A stretch of DNA of 64,000 nt, taken from contig OY969811.1 of assembly GCA_963703315.1 (NCBI GenBank), positions 1,344,001 to 1,408,000 of the forward strand, read 5' to 3'. The position numbers and the translations under genes are program-made. Below the pieces are notes generated by a model. It searched no databases. It was not told where the DNA came from and saw nothing but the letters and a program-made list of their open reading frames with translations. Shown one piece after another: positions 28,422 to 40,140 of this stretch (position 1 is its first letter; the number at the start of each line of letters is the position of its first letter). This DNA comes from an uncultured cyanobacterium (GTDB lineage Bacteria; Cyanobacteriota; Cyanobacteriia; Pseudanabaenales; Pseudanabaenaceae).

Positions 28422-29606
28422 ATGAGTTTACATAGACTTCCACTCGATTCTAAAAAACTTGAAGTATTGATCAAGAAAGCTAGGCACTACAACATTTTTC
28501 CCATGTATTTTTCACAGTATATGCCTAATGCTCGACAGCACCCAATCAGTGAGTGTTTAGCTGATTTAGTGAATGATGCCTATGAGTATTTATCTGCATG
28601 TAGTGAAAGTGAAATTGAAGGGCTTATTGATCATATGCCCACGGGTTACAGAATAACGTTTGATCTATTTGGTGGTAAATTGCAAGTAGTAACAGAGGAA
28701 CATCGACGAAGGTTAGCTTTTTGCATTGTTGCATTTGAAGTTGAGCTTAGTTACTTTAGTTTTAAGGGAGTAATTGAGCAAGATTTATCTCAGAGTGAAA
28801 TAATAAAAATTTATCCAGAGCTAAAAAATAAGTTTGATAAAGATGGATTACTTCATATAGATTCTAATTTTATTCTCTTTGATGGTGGAGTTGAATATAA
28901 AGGACACATTCTTCACTACCATCAACTTCTTAGGCGAGGATACACATCCAATCCTAACTTTGATTTTCTCGATAGATTTATAAGTTATTATCACCGCACA
29001 AAACATGAAAATCAGTTCAGAATAGCCATTGATCACCGAAGAATTATGACGAAAGAGTTTTATACTCAGATTGGAGAAATGGATGGATGGCGTGGATTAC
29101 CGTTTGACAAAAATAAATTAGATGATCCAAACTATATCGGATTGACTGTTGTAGAGCGAAATAAGAAATCATTATTTGGAATGACTTGTGACCTTGATCG
29201 TACTGAATTCTTTTGGAGTTATCGTGATGGTATTAAAACTTTTGAGATTGAGGAAATATCAGGAGATAGCTATATATTTGATCATTACTACTTTAATCGA
29301 TATGTGCATAGTGAGCGTGACATTAAAACAAAATTATTTCGGCATTTAGATGGAGCAGTGAAAGTATATCTCAAAGATAGTTATCAAGACAGAAAAAATT
29401 CATTTATGCCAAAGGAATTAAAGAGTCATACCAAAGTTAAACTCTGGCGCATTGATGGTGATATAAAATTAGAGGTTTGGAGTAATCTAATCTCATATTT
29501 TTTCAAAAACAATGAGATGATTACTCAATATTTTGATCCCGAAGGATTTGAGAAGATATTTGATTTGCGAGTTCGTGATTTTGAGGCATGGAAACTTTCT
29601 CAATAA
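28422..29606 (+). CDS. Hypothetical 394-aa protein, AT-rich and HIP1-free (probably horizontally acquired)
   Basis: Long intact ORF with no family I can recognise; no GCGATCGC seen in it. Confidence 0.75.
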   Translation: MSLHRLPLDSKKLEVLIKKARHYNIFPMYFSQYMPNARQHPISECLADLVNDAYEYLSACSESEIEGLIDHMPTGYRITFDLFGGKLQVVTEEHRRRLAFCIVAFEVELSYFSFKGVIEQDLSQSEIIKIYPELKNKFDKDGLLHIDSNFILFDGGVEYKGHILHYHQLLRRGYTSNPNFDFLDRFISYYHRTKHENQFRIAIDHRRIMTKEFYTQIGEMDGWRGLPFDKNKLDDPNYIGLTVVERNKKSLFGMTCDLDRTEFFWSYRDGIKTFEIEEISGDSYIFDHYYFNRYVHSERDIKTKLFRHLDGAVKVYLKDSYQDRKNSFMPKELKSHTKVKLWRIDGDIKLEVWSNLISYFFKNNEMITQYFDPEGFEKIFDLRVRDFEAWKLSQ

Positions 29607-29610
29607 AGCT

Positions 29611-30000
29611 CTAATGTAATATTGCTATTGGAATTATTTGAAGCAATATATCACCTAAACTTCTTTTTGCTTCCATTAACTCATAGGCATAATGCAACCG
29701 CAAAAAATAACCATCCGACAAGCCAAAATAGCGACATAACCGCAAATCAACATCCGCAGTCGTCGGAGCCTTACCTTGAATAATTTGCTGCATACTCAAA
29801 TATGGCAACCGCAAACTCTCAGCCAAGCTATTTACACTAATATCTAACTCTTCTAAAAACTCATATTGCAAGATTTCGCCAACATGAGGATTACGCAGTA
29901 AAGTATCTTCCATATCAGGATGCTTGAGAGTCGTAAGATCGAATAAATCTAAAACATCTTCATCTTCATCAAACTTTTTATCTAACTCTTCAGCTTTCAT
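29611..30000 (-). CDS. HigA-family addiction-module antitoxin with an N-terminal CopG/BrnA-like fragment
   Basis: PHVGEIL..EFL, LA..L and T..D.DLRL.RYFG.S.GYFL.L (HigA). The first 29 aa (MKAEELDKKFDEDEDVLDLFDL) resemble a different antitoxin N-terminus. Confidence 0.78.
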   Translation of the reverse strand: MKAEELDKKFDEDEDVLDLFDLTTLKHPDMEDTLLRNPHVGEILQYEFLEELDISVNSLAESLRLPYLSMQQIIQGKAPTTADVDLRLCRYFGLSDGYFLRLHYAYELMEAKRSLGDILLQIIPIAILH

Positions 30001-30009
30001 ATAAATTGG

Positions 30010-30231
30010 CTAAGCTAGCTGCAATACTTGAGGTGAGGGTAAAGGTTTATCCGTTGCTTCGTAGTCTTCGATTAAAAGTTCTAATACCTCCTCTGCATTA
30101 GCGATCGCCTCTGCATAAGTATCTCCATGCGTAAAGTATCGCTGCAAGGCATTAGAAAACTCAGGTAACTCTACTAGATAACATTTATCTTCATCTGACC
30201 AAACAATATTAACGCGATACTTATGTTGCAT
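30010..30231 (-). CDS. HicB-family antitoxin (short form, no hicA partner)
   Basis: Y.V.I.WS.ED.CY.V..PE and THGDTY.EA..NA.EVL......P.P.P. Confidence 0.88.
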   Translation of the reverse strand: MQHKYRVNIVWSDEDKCYLVELPEFSNALQRYFTHGDTYAEAIANAEEVLELLIEDYEATDKPLPSPQVLQLA

Positions 30232-30235
30232 AGTT

Positions 30236-30469
30236 TTAGCCAACTGATGATTGAGGCATAGACTCGATTAAGGCTCTTAGCACTTTGTTAACGGCTTCAG
30301 GCGTAGTGAAAACTCTTGCCACATCTTCATCTAAAACCACAATATTTAGGCTTTTAGCTTCACTACGATTAGCAAAACGATTGGGTTTAGCCTTCTGATA
30401 ATCAAAGTTATATTCAGGTAAAAGATCATCATCAGTATTTAATTGATTTCCAAAACTATTGCTGTTCAT
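30236..30469 (-). CDS. Antitoxin partner of the adjacent BrnT toxin
   Basis: DDLLPEYNFDY.KA.PNRFA and VVLD.DVA.VF.T.EAVN.VLR.LI; overlaps the toxin stop. Confidence 0.75.
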   Translation of the reverse strand: MNSNSFGNQLNTDDDLLPEYNFDYQKAKPNRFANRSEAKSLNIVVLDEDVARVFTTPEAVNKVLRALIESMPQSSVG

Positions 30470-30728
30470 ACTTTTCACGCTCTGTTCTAGTGGCTATACG
30501 GGCGCTAATAATCCGAATATTAGTGGAGCGTTCCGTAAAAGAAATAATCAATAATCTATTGCGTTGCGAGTGACCAATAATGATCTCTCTTAACTCATCA
30601 AAAGAATGTGCCTCATCATCAAAGATTACTGCTAGAGGATTATCAAATACTGTTTGAGCTTCCTCAAAGCTAACACCATGCTTTCTCAGATTAGCGATCG
30701 CTTTTGCATTATCCCACTCACACTTCAT
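30456..30728 (-). CDS. BrnT-family toxin
   Basis: EWD..KA..NL.KHGVSFEEA.TVF.NP, D..HS..E.R...IG.S, IRIISAR.AT..ER..YE. Confidence 0.92.
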   Translation of the reverse strand: MKCEWDNAKAIANLRKHGVSFEEAQTVFDNPLAVIFDDEAHSFDELREIIIGHSQRNRLLIISFTERSTNIRIISARIATRTEREKYEQQ

Positions 30729-30777
30729 AAACGTATTATAACCAACTATCAAATTATTCTGGAATACAGATAAATAA

Positions 30778-30797
30778 CAAGGGGCTTAAGCCCCTTG
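30778..30797. terminator. Short palindrome CAAGGGGCTTAAGCCCCTTG downstream of gltB
   Basis: Perfect palindrome just after the gltB stop. Confidence 0.5.
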
Positions 30798-30808
30798 CCT
30801 CTTGTTAT

Positions 30809-33800
30809 CTAGCTGCCACCGATACGGGCAACATCGCGGGAATTGGCTTCAAAAGCAGCATTGAGCGCATCATCACCACTCAAACCATCTTCCAATGCTT
30901 CCTTAATCGCTTGCAATACCCGCTTGTAATCCTTGGGCATTACCTTCACGAATTTAGGAGCGATCGCATTCCAATCAGCGAGAACTCGTTCACCGATCGC
31001 ACTTTCCGTATAGTCAACATGCTGTTGAATCAACTGCTTCAGATCCTTGATTTCTTCGGGATCTTCGAGCTTTTCTAAGCCGACCATTGAAGTATTGCAA
31101 CGGGTTGCGAAATCGCCTGAATCATCGAGAATGTAGGCAATACCGCCACTCATGCCAGCCGCGAAGTTCCGTCCTGTTAAGCCCAAGACCACGACCTTAC
31201 CGCCAGTCATATATTCGCAACCATGATCGCCGATGCCTTCGACTACGGCATTTACGCCAGAGTTGCGGACTGCAAAGCGTTCGCCAGCGATACCGCGAAT
31301 GTAGACTTCACCACTGGTTGCGCCGTAGAGTGCGACGTTACCTGCGATCACGTTCTCTTCCGCAACAAAGGTAGAAGCTTTATCTGGATAGAGAATGATT
31401 TTGCCGCCGCTTAGTCCTTTGCCGAGGTAGTCGTTGGTATCGCCTTCGAGTTCCATCGTTACACCAGAGGGAACGAATGCGCCAAAGCTTTGACCAGCAG
31501 TACCTTGGAAATGCAGATGCACGGTATCGTCGGGCAATCCTTCCCAATGGCGCTTGGTGATTTCGTTGCCGAGGATCGTGCCGACGGCGCGATTGATATT
31601 ACGGATGGGAACGATCTCATGGATTGGTTCGCCATCAACGATCGCAGCTTGGCACAAATCCAACAACACAGTCATATCAAGGGACTTATCTAAACCGTGA
31701 TCCTGTGGAATTTGGCAATAGCGACCGACATCTTCGCCAACTTCGGGTTGATAGAGAATCTTCGAGAAGTCTAAACCCTTGAGTTTCCAATGCTCGACGG
31801 CTTGCTTCGCTTCTAGGACTTCAGTACGACCGACCATTTCATCAAGGGTGCGGAAACCGAGTTTTGCCATCAATTCGCGGACTTCCATCGCGATGAAGGT
31901 CATGAAGTTGACGGTGTGGGCGGGATCGCCTGTGAACTTCTCGCGCAGTTGCGGATCTTGGGTGGCGACACCGACGGGGCAGGTGTTGAGATGGCAGACG
32001 CGCATCATGATACAACCAAGAGTAACGAGGGGCGCGGTGGCAAAGCCGAACTCTTCTGCTCCCAGTAGCGCGGCGATGACGACATCACGACCTGTTTTCA
32101 TTTGTCCATCGGTTTCCACAACGATGCGGCTGCGGAGGTTGTTGAGAACGAGGGTTTGGTGGGTTTCCGCGAGTCCGAGTTCCCAAGGTAAGCCAGCGTG
32201 TTTGATTGAGGTTTGGGGCGATGCACCAGTACCGCCATCGAAGCCAGAGATGAGAACCACATCAGCATGGGCTTTAGAAACCCCTGCGGCGATCGTGCCT
32301 ACGCCCACTTCCGATACTAACTTGACGCTGATACGGGCGGCGCGGTTGGCATTTTTTAAATCATGGATCAACTCAGCGAGGTCTTCGATGGAGTAGATGT
32401 CATGGTGAGGCGGTGGTGAAATCAATCCGACACCTGTGGTGGAGTGGCGAACTTTGGCAATCCAAGGATAGACTTTCTTGCCAGGGAGTTGACCGCCTTC
32501 CCCTGGTTTTGCGCCTTGAGCCATTTTGATTTGAATCTCTTTGGCTTGAGAGAGATAGAGGCTAGTTACGCCGAAACGTCCAGAGGCTACTTGTTTAATA
32601 GCGCTATTTTTGGAATCGCCAAACTCGTTTGTCCATGTGTAGCGATCGGGATCTTCACCGCCTTCGCCTGTGTTGGACTTGCCACCGATGCGATTCATGG
32701 CGATCGCTAGAGCTTCATGGGCTTCCTTAGAAATCGAACCGTAGCTCATCGCACCCGTTTTGAATCGGCTCAAAATTGATTCAATCGGTTCTACTTCATC
32801 AATGGAAATAGATTCGCGCGATTTGAAATCGAGTAAGCCGCGCAGAGTGAAATGCTGCTGATTCTGTTCATTGACGAGGGCAGAATATTTCTTGAACAGT
32901 TCATAGTTACCATCGCGTACCGCCTTTTGCAAAGCGTGAATAGCTTCAGGGCTGAACAAGTGCGCTTCGCCATCCTTGCGCCATTGATAATCACCACCGA
33001 CATCGAGGGTATTGCCACTGGCAGGGCGATCGGGGAATGCATGGGTATGACGGGCGATCGCTTCTTTGGCGATTACTTCCAAATCTGCGCCTTCAATGCG
33101 TGAGGCTGTCCAAGTGAAGTATTTCTTGATCACATCATGATTCAATCCAACCGCTTCAAAAATCTGAGCGCCACGATAGCTTTGGATTGTGGAAATACCG
33201 ATTTTAGAAGCAACCTTAGTTACACCCTTTGTTGCCGACTTGATGAAGTTCTTGCAAGCAGTTTTGAACTCAACATTCACTAAGAGACGTTGATCGATCA
33301 TGTCTTTGATCGTTTCAAAGGCAAGGTAAGGATTGATTGCGCCGCAACCATAGCCAATCAACAATGCAAAATGATGCACTTCTCTAGGTTCGCCAGATTC
33401 GAGGACTAAGCCGACTCTGGTACGGGTTCCTGTACGAATGAGATGGTGATGTAAGCCTGATACCGCTAGCAATGCAGGGATAGGAGCATTGTCAGGATTC
33501 ACGCCCCGATCGCTTAAAATCAAAATATTCACACCATCAGCGATCGCTTGATCCGCTTTTTCACAAATTTGCGAAATCACTGCTTCTAATCCAGTTACTC
33601 CTGCTTTTGGATCAAACAAAGTAGAAAGAGTAACCGATTTAAAACCACCTTCATTAATATGCTTCAACTTCGCAAGTTCGGCATCGCTGAGAATAGGAGT
33701 CTTTAGCTCGATCAAGTGACAGCTTTCTGGTTCAGGCTTGAGTAAATTCCGTTCTGCACCAATGGTTGTCTCCGCAGAAGTAATAATTTCTTCGCGAATA

Positions 33801-35404
33801 GAGTCAATCGGTGGATTGGTTACCTGTGCAAATAGCTGTTGGAAATAATCATAGAGAAGTTTCGGGCGATTGGAAAGAACTGCTAAAGGCGTATCTGCTC
33901 CCATTGCGCCGATCGCTTCTACACCATCACGCGCCATTGGTGTTAATAGCAAACGCAAATCTTCAAAGGAATATCCAAAAGCCATTTGACGCTGAGTGAG
34001 TGCAGGAGATTCCACTTCGGCAGTAACTTCTGCATCCTTCAAACTGGCGATATCCACCATGTGCTGATTAATCCATTCACGGTAAGGCTGCTCAGTCGCG
34101 ATTTGATGCTTGATTTCTTCATCAGCAACAATCCGCCCCTCTTGCATATTCACAAGGAACATCCGCCCTGGTTGCAAGCGACCTTTCGATTCAATCATTT
34201 CAGGAGCGATGTCTAATACACCTGCTTCCGACGCGAAGATAACCAAATCATCCTTAGTGACATAGTAGCGAGAAGGACGCAAACCGTTGCGATCCAACAC
34301 AGCGCCGATCATTGTGCCATCGGTAAAGGCGATCGAGGCGGGACCATCCCAAGGTTCCATCAAACAAGAGTGATATTCATAAAAGGCTTTCTTTTCATCA
34401 CTCATCGACTCATGGGCTGTCCAAGGCTCAGGAATCATCATCATCATCGCGTGAGGTAGCGATCGCCCAGCCAGCACCAACAATTCCAAAGCATTATCAA
34501 AAATCGTCGAGTCACTGCCTTCGATGTTAATGACTGGCTTAATTTTCGAGATATCATCACCAAACAAATCGGACTCAAACATCGCCTGACGAGCGATCAT
34601 CCAGTTAGTATTGCCGCGCAAAGTGTTAATTTCGCCATTGTGGGCAATGTAGCGGTAAGGGTGCGATCGCTCCCAACTGGGGAAAGTATTCGTACTAAAG
34701 CGGGAGTGAACCAGAGCCAGAGCGCTCTCCATGTCTGGGTCGTGCAGATCGTGGGCGTAATACTGTCCGACTTGAGCCGTCATCAACATCCCCTTATAGA
34801 CGATGGTGCGACAGGAGAGACTGGCTGGATACCAGTAAGCATCAATATTTGAAGTACGGATCGCCGTGTGAGCTAGTTTGCGAATTACATACAATTTGCG
34901 ATCAAAGGCTAGGTCATCAGCAAGATCGGGCGATCGCGCAATAAACACCTGCTGCATGAATGGCTCACTGGATTGAGCCGTAGCCCCCAATGACGAGTTA
35001 TCGGTGGGGACATCACGCCAACCTAAAACTTTTAAACCTTCAGACTCCACCAGCTTTTCAAAAGCCTTTCTACCATTTTGGCGGGCTTGCGGATCTGGCG
35101 AAGCGTAGACCATGCCCACGCCATATTGACCGACCTCTGGCAGGGAAATATTTGCGGCGGCGGCAGCTTTTAGCAAAAACTTATGGGGGATCTGCATCAA
35201 AATCCCAGCACCGTCACCCGTATTCGTTTCGCAACCGCACGCGCCGCGATGTTCCAAGTTCTCCAAAATCGTCAGCCCCTGCTCGACGATCGCATGGGAT
35301 TTTTTTCCTGATTTATGGACGATAAAGCCGACCCCACAAGCATCGTGTTCAAATTGGGGATCGTATAAACCTTGTTTTACGGGTGTTGCGTTGCTATTCA
35401 TCAT
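30809..35404 (-). CDS. gltB: Glutamate synthase large subunit (GltB type)
   Basis: [43 protein letters not shown] 3Fe-4S motif, GXGXG domain. Confidence 0.95.
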   Translation of the reverse strand: MMNSNATPVKQGLYDPQFEHDACGVGFIVHKSGKKSHAIVEQGLTILENLEHRGACGCETNTGDGAGILMQIPHKFLLKAAAAANISLPEVGQYGVGMVYASPDPQARQNGRKAFEKLVESEGLKVLGWRDVPTDNSSLGATAQSSEPFMQQVFIARSPDLADDLAFDRKLYVIRKLAHTAIRTSNIDAYWYPASLSCRTIVYKGMLMTAQVGQYYAHDLHDPDMESALALVHSRFSTNTFPSWERSHPYRYIAHNGEINTLRGNTNWMIARQAMFESDLFGDDISKIKPVINIEGSDSTIFDNALELLVLAGRSLPHAMMMMIPEPWTAHESMSDEKKAFYEYHSCLMEPWDGPASIAFTDGTMIGAVLDRNGLRPSRYYVTKDDLVIFASEAGVLDIAPEMIESKGRLQPGRMFLVNMQEGRIVADEEIKHQIATEQPYREWINQHMVDIASLKDAEVTAEVESPALTQRQMAFGYSFEDLRLLLTPMARDGVEAIGAMGADTPLAVLSNRPKLLYDYFQQLFAQVTNPPIDSIREEIITSAETTIGAERNLLKPEPESCHLIELKTPILSDAELAKLKHINEGGFKSVTLSTLFDPKAGVTGLEAVISQICEKADQAIADGVNILILSDRGVNPDNAPIPALLAVSGLHHHLIRTGTRTRVGLVLESGEPREVHHFALLIGYGCGAINPYLAFETIKDMIDQRLLVNVEFKTACKNFIKSATKGVTKVASKIGISTIQSYRGAQIFEAVGLNHDVIKKYFTWTASRIEGADLEVIAKEAIARHTHAFPDRPASGNTLDVGGDYQWRKDGEAHLFSPEAIHALQKAVRDGNYELFKKYSALVNEQNQQHFTLRGLLDFKSRESISIDEVEPIESILSRFKTGAMSYGSISKEAHEALAIAMNRIGGKSNTGEGGEDPDRYTWTNEFGDSKNSAIKQVASGRFGVTSLYLSQAKEIQIKMAQGAKPGEGGQLPGKKVYPWIAKVRHSTTGVGLISPPPHHDIYSIEDLAELIHDLKNANRAARISVKLVSEVGVGTIAAGVSKAHADVVLISGFDGGTGASPQTSIKHAGLPWELGLAETHQTLVLNNLRSRIVVETDGQMKTGRDVVIAALLGAEEFGFATAPLVTLGCIMMRVCHLNTCPVGVATQDPQLREKFTGDPAHTVNFMTFIAMEVRELMAKLGFRTLDEMVGRTEVLEAKQAVEHWKLKGLDFSKILYQPEVGEDVGRYCQIPQDHGLDKSLDMTVLLDLCQAAIVDGEPIHEIVPIRNINRAVGTILGNEITKRHWEGLPDDTVHLHFQGTAGQSFGAFVPSGVTMELEGDTNDYLGKGLSGGKIILYPDKASTFVAEENVIAGNVALYGATSGEVYIRGIAGERFAVRNSGVNAVVEGIGDHGCEYMTGGKVVVLGLTGRNFAAGMSGGIAYILDDSGDFATRCNTSMVGLEKLEDPEEIKDLKQLIQQHVDYTESAIGERVLADWNAIAPKFVKVMPKDYKRVLQAIKEALEDGLSGDDALNAAFEANSRDVARIGGS

Positions 35405-35647
35405 GGACTGCAAAGGTGTGATATCTAAAGGATTATGTGAGCTTCAACGTAATCGAAAGGTTACGGGGGCTACATTGGATTGTACTAATAAATTTATGTC
35501 TTAGGTAGGATGTTTTCAAGAAATGTTCCTAGCTATAGCTGTCGCCAGTCTTGTTAGTCTAGCTGAGCAAATAGTCGCAGACTCGTACTTTTAGGTGAGG
35601 ATCACTTTATCATGAGCAGTATCTAGCATTTTTTACGCAGCTTTTGT

Positions 35648-38600
35648 ATGACTGCTCCTGTCCATATCGACAATAAATCTCAGCGCGATCGCCGTCAGCT
35701 TTCCCTAAAGATATTGCTGATTGTTCCTTTTGTGACACAGGTAATTGCCGCAGTGGGGATTACAGGGTGGCTGTCAGTGCAGAATGGACGTGAGGCAACT
35801 CAAGAGTTAGCTCCTCAAATTGGGCAGGAAGTAACTAATACGATCGAAACTCATGTACGCAGTTATTTCGATGTACCTTTAGAAGTTTTGCAAGTTCAAG
35901 GTGCAACAGCCAGAGCAGGAAATCTATCTTTTGAGAACTTAGACACTTTAGATAAATTGTTTTGGCAGCAGATGCGCCAATCTCAAAATTTATATTTTTT
36001 CTATGCAGCCAACCCTCGTGGGCAGTTTATTGGGGTTGAGCGCCGAGAAAACGATACTTTAGCGTTACATCGATCGCTATTACCAGAAACATCACTAGGC
36101 AAAGTGCCTAATTCATCCCTGAAAAAGTTAGTCTATCGGCTGGATGATAAGGGCAAAATCATCAACCAGATTCAGGCAGATATTTACGATCCCCGCGATC
36201 GCCCTTGGTATCAGAAGTCAATCAAAGCAGGTCAAACGGTATGGAGTCCGATTTATGTATTTGTGGCACGTCCGATTTTGGGAATTACGGCTTCCCTGCC
36301 CATCTATAGCGAATCAGGAAATTTGCGTGGAGTATTAGCGATCGATGTCACCCTTTCTCAAATTGGAGACTTTCTCAAACGCCTAAAGATATCCAAAACT
36401 GGACAAGCATTCATTCTGGAGCAATCAGGAGAAATAGTAGCGACATCAACTTCAGAAGCTCCATATATCTCTACAGGCAAACAGCAAAATAAACAACCAG
36501 AAAGGATTCATGCCCTTAATAGTACAAACCCTCTACTTCGCTTAGCATTTCAGCAGCTTCAACAGCGTTATCCAAACTTTGCCGATATTCCCAATCAGCA
36601 ACAAATTCAACTGGATTGGGAAGGATCAACTCAGTATATCCAGATTACGAGATTACGCACTCCGCAAGGGCTAGACTGGCTGATGATTGTGACAATATCT
36701 GAGCAAGATTTTCGCGATCGCATTAATATCAATACCCGCAATACGATTGTTTTATGCTCTCTAGCGCTAATTCTCGCAAGTTTAACAGGTTTTTATACAT
36801 CAAAATGGATTGCTAAACCTGTCGAGAGATTAATTGAAGCTTCCCATATACTAGCGACATTATCTGCTTCTGCTGACATGGCTAGTGGTCACCACTATCA
36901 ACCGATTGAAACTGCCAATGTAAAAGAGCTATCGATCTTAGCGGATTCATTTAATCAAATGGCGCAACAATTGCAAGTCTCCTTTATGGAACTTGCTCAA
37001 AGTAAGGAAGAATTGGAAATACGAGTTGAACAGAGAACTGAAGATCTCAAATCTAGTGAGACTAAATATCGTACTCTTGTAGAAGTCGCTAATTGTATTA
37101 TTTTGCGAAGGGATATTGTCGGCACAGTTAAATTTATTAATGAATATGGTTTAGATTTCTTTGGATTTGTCGATGAATCAGAAATCATTGGCAAGAATAT
37201 TAACGGGACTATCTTTAAAGAGGGTGATGATAGTACTAGTTTGCCCATTTGGAAAACTAGTGTTGAGTCATCAGAGCCACGTATGTTCCAAGAAAGTCGC
37301 AATACTCGTAGTGATGGTGAGCAGGTATGGATATCTTGGTCAAATCGTCCTATCTTTGATGAAGAACAGAATTTAGTAGAAATCCTCTCAATTGGTGTTG
37401 ATATTACCGAACGAAAGCGCATCCAGTCTACTCTCGAAGAATTTTTAAGTTTACAAAGAGCTACCTTTGAGTCGATCGCTGATGGCATTTTGGCAGTGGA
37501 TCGCATTGGGCATATCACCAGCTATAACCAGCAGTTTGTCGATATGTTCTCTCTCTCTCAAGAAGTGCTATCCCTACCCGATTATGCCTTGAGATTGGAA
37601 TTTCTCGCAGAACAGATGATTGATCCTCAAAAGTTTATGGAGCGATCGCGTGATTTCTATCAGCATCCTGAACAAGAAAGTTATGACATACTTGAACTCA
37701 ATGATGGCAGGGTGTTAGAGCGCTATTCCCGTCCGCAAAAATTGGGTGATCAGATTATCGGGCGGGTCTGGAGTTTTCAGGATATTACAGCGCGTGTCCA
37801 AGCCGAAAAAGCTCTTGAAGAACAGAAGACTTATTTACGCCTGATCATTGATAGTATTCCCCAACAAATTTTCTGGAAAGATGTAAATCTAGTTTTTCGA
37901 GGCTGTAATAAAAACTGGGCAATGTACGCCCAGATTGATCATCCCGAAAGTGTGGTGGGCAAAACTGATTACGACCTAATCAATAATCCCCAATTAGCTG
38001 AGAGCTTCCGTAAGCATGATCAGCTAGTTATGGAATCAAATGTTCCTGAAATGCATATCATTCAGCGCAAACTGAATCCAGATCGGCAGGGACATTCTAT
38101 TTGGTTAGATATGAGTAAGTTACCGATCATTGATGCTGAGGGGAAGACTATTGGTATTTTAGGAGTACTTGATGATATTACGGAACGGAAACTGGCGGAA
38201 GAAGCACTCTATGCCGAACAAGAAAAATCAGAGAGATTGTTATTAAATATTCTGCCGAAAGCGATCGCCGATCGTCTCAAACAATCTCATGGGGTCATCG
38301 CCGATAGCTATGAATCCGTTACAGTCTTGTTTGCCGATATTGTCAGTTTTACGAAAATGTCGTCAGAACTCTCTCCCCAAGATTTAGTAGATCTTCTCAA
38401 TCTAATTTTCTCTAACTTTGATACTCTCTGTGAAACTTACGGATTAGAGAAAATCAAAACCATTGGTGATGCCTACATGGTCGCGGGTGGTATTCCCATT
38501 CCTACTAAAAATCATGCCGAGGCGATCGCTTGTATGGCGTTAGATATGATTGATAAAGTTGCCGAACTTCGCAACTCAACGGGTCGGAAATTACAACTTC

Positions 38601-38860
38601 GCATCGGTATTCATACGGGAGCCGTGATTGCGGGGGTAATTGGTACGCAAAAGTTTATTTATGATCTTTGGGGAGATACAGTCAACGTGGCTAGCCGTAT
38701 GGAGTCCCATAGCGAAGTCGGCAAAATCCAAGTTACATCAGCAACCTATGAAATTCTCAAACATAAGTTTGATTTAGTAGAACGTGGGGCGATCGAGGTC
38801 AAAGGCAAGGGGAAAATGCAAACCTATTGGCTGACCAGCAAAAAATCTTCCAATCAATAA
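35648..38860 (+). CDS. Membrane adenylate cyclase (dCache - HAMP - 3xPAS - class III cyclase)
   Basis: YDPRDRPWY (dCache), three PAS domains ending DIT.R, FADIVSFT, KIKTIGDAYM and YDLWGDTVNVASRMES (Lys/Asp pair indicating ATP specificity). Confidence 0.92.
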   Translation: MTAPVHIDNKSQRDRRQLSLKILLIVPFVTQVIAAVGITGWLSVQNGREATQELAPQIGQEVTNTIETHVRSYFDVPLEVLQVQGATARAGNLSFENLDTLDKLFWQQMRQSQNLYFFYAANPRGQFIGVERRENDTLALHRSLLPETSLGKVPNSSLKKLVYRLDDKGKIINQIQADIYDPRDRPWYQKSIKAGQTVWSPIYVFVARPILGITASLPIYSESGNLRGVLAIDVTLSQIGDFLKRLKISKTGQAFILEQSGEIVATSTSEAPYISTGKQQNKQPERIHALNSTNPLLRLAFQQLQQRYPNFADIPNQQQIQLDWEGSTQYIQITRLRTPQGLDWLMIVTISEQDFRDRININTRNTIVLCSLALILASLTGFYTSKWIAKPVERLIEASHILATLSASADMASGHHYQPIETANVKELSILADSFNQMAQQLQVSFMELAQSKEELEIRVEQRTEDLKSSETKYRTLVEVANCIILRRDIVGTVKFINEYGLDFFGFVDESEIIGKNINGTIFKEGDDSTSLPIWKTSVESSEPRMFQESRNTRSDGEQVWISWSNRPIFDEEQNLVEILSIGVDITERKRIQSTLEEFLSLQRATFESIADGILAVDRIGHITSYNQQFVDMFSLSQEVLSLPDYALRLEFLAEQMIDPQKFMERSRDFYQHPEQESYDILELNDGRVLERYSRPQKLGDQIIGRVWSFQDITARVQAEKALEEQKTYLRLIIDSIPQQIFWKDVNLVFRGCNKNWAMYAQIDHPESVVGKTDYDLINNPQLAESFRKHDQLVMESNVPEMHIIQRKLNPDRQGHSIWLDMSKLPIIDAEGKTIGILGVLDDITERKLAEEALYAEQEKSERLLLNILPKAIADRLKQSHGVIADSYESVTVLFADIVSFTKMSSELSPQDLVDLLNLIFSNFDTLCETYGLEKIKTIGDAYMVAGGIPIPTKNHAEAIACMALDMIDKVAELRNSTGRKLQLRIGIHTGAVIAGVIGTQKFIYDLWGDTVNVASRMESHSEVGKIQVTSATYEILKHKFDLVERGAIEVKGKGKMQTYWLTSKKSSNQ

Positions 38861-38888
38861 TCACGGCGGAGCCGCGATTATTGATGTT

Positions 38889-39857
38889 TTAAATCGCCGT
38901 ACCCAGTAAGTACAACAGACTCATCCGAATTGCCACACCATTGGTTACCTGTTTATCGATCAAACTTAGGCGTGGATCATCCATCAAGTCAGAGCTAATT
39001 TCCACACCGCGATTAACAGGACCAGGATGTAAAACCTGAACATTGGGCGCACATTTAGATAAGCGATCGCGAGTGATGCCATAACGTGCATGATATTCCC
39101 GTAAACTAGGAATTAGGAATTGTCCCATCCGTTCCATTTGTAAACGCAGAGTCATCACAAAATCAGCATCCTCAAGGGCAGGTTCGAGAGCATAATGGAT
39201 TTTTGCGCCATATTCAGCAAATTCTGGCGGTAATAAAGTCGGTGGTGCAGCCAGATGCACTTCTGCGCCATTGGTCAGCAAACTCCACAGATTCGATCGC
39301 GCTACCCGTGAATGCAAAATATCACCCACGATCGCCACTTTTTTACCCTTCAGGTCTTTGGCGGTAGGAGCATTGGGCTTCAGATACATACAGATGGTGA
39401 GCAGATCCAGCAAGGCTTGAGAGGGATGTTCATGTTTACCATCACCAGCATTGAGAATCGCCACTTTGCCACTGAGGGCATCCATATCTTTAGCGATCGC
39501 CAATGGCACACCTGCCGACTGATGGCGGATCACCATAATGTCCGTTCCCATCGCCAAAAAAGTCCGCGCTGTATCGAGGATTGTCTCGCCTTTGGAGAGT
39601 GAAGAAGTTCCGGGGGCAAAATTTAAAGTATCGGCCGAGAGACGCTTGGCGGCAAGCTCAAAACTATTGCGAGTACGTGTTGAAGATTCAAAAAACAAAT
39701 TAGCAACAACTTTGCTCTGCAAGGTTGGTACTTTTTTGTTACGCCGTGAGAGAACTTCTAAGAAGCTAACGGCTGTCTGCAAGACCGTTTCATAGTCATT
39801 GGTTGTAAAGTCAGACAACGAGATGATATGTCGTCGTTGCCAAGTAAGTTCAGTCAT
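38889..39857 (-). CDS. pyrB: Aspartate carbamoyltransferase catalytic subunit
   Basis: [32 protein letters not shown]. Confidence 0.97.
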   Translation of the reverse strand: MTELTWQRRHIISLSDFTTNDYETVLQTAVSFLEVLSRRNKKVPTLQSKVVANLFFESSTRTRNSFELAAKRLSADTLNFAPGTSSLSKGETILDTARTFLAMGTDIMVIRHQSAGVPLAIAKDMDALSGKVAILNAGDGKHEHPSQALLDLLTICMYLKPNAPTAKDLKGKKVAIVGDILHSRVARSNLWSLLTNGAEVHLAAPPTLLPPEFAEYGAKIHYALEPALEDADFVMTLRLQMERMGQFLIPSLREYHARYGITRDRLSKCAPNVQVLHPGPVNRGVEISSDLMDDPRLSLIDKQVTNGVAIRMSLLYLLGTAI

Positions 39858-39869
39858 GGTGCTGTGAAG

Positions 39870-40022
39870 CTATGAAATAAAGCTATGGGATAACATCGCA
39901 CCGATGGGCGCAGGGGCAACCATGTCGTCAGGTAAAAAAGCACGGGAGCTAACTAGTACTAGGGTAAACAGGAAAATTGCAAAAATGATGATTGGTGCAA
40001 TGTACTGACGAAAGAATGACAC
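39870..40022 (-). CDS. Small single-TM conserved cyanobacterial protein (about 50 aa, GTG start)
   Basis: FRQYIAPIIIFAIFLFTLVLVSSRAFLP.DM.APAP motif. Confidence 0.6.
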   Translation of the reverse strand: MSFFRQYIAPIIIFAIFLFTLVLVSSRAFLPDDMVAPAPIGAMLSHSFIS

Positions 40023-40140
40023 AGGTGTATTTTGATAAATAATAGTTATATTATACCGTTTTGCAAATTTTGCGTAAGTCCTCACAGTCTCAACTCCCAA
40101 AAAGTGAGTCGCGCCGCGACTCACTTTTTGGGTAGCTATT

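Noticed and set aside
31087..35325. Many plus-strand ORFs, up to 205 aa
   Set aside because: Antisense shadows of gltB with no recognisable motifs. The same applies to ORFs opposite smc, pyrB, tldD, metK, ftsY, mlaE and the kinases.
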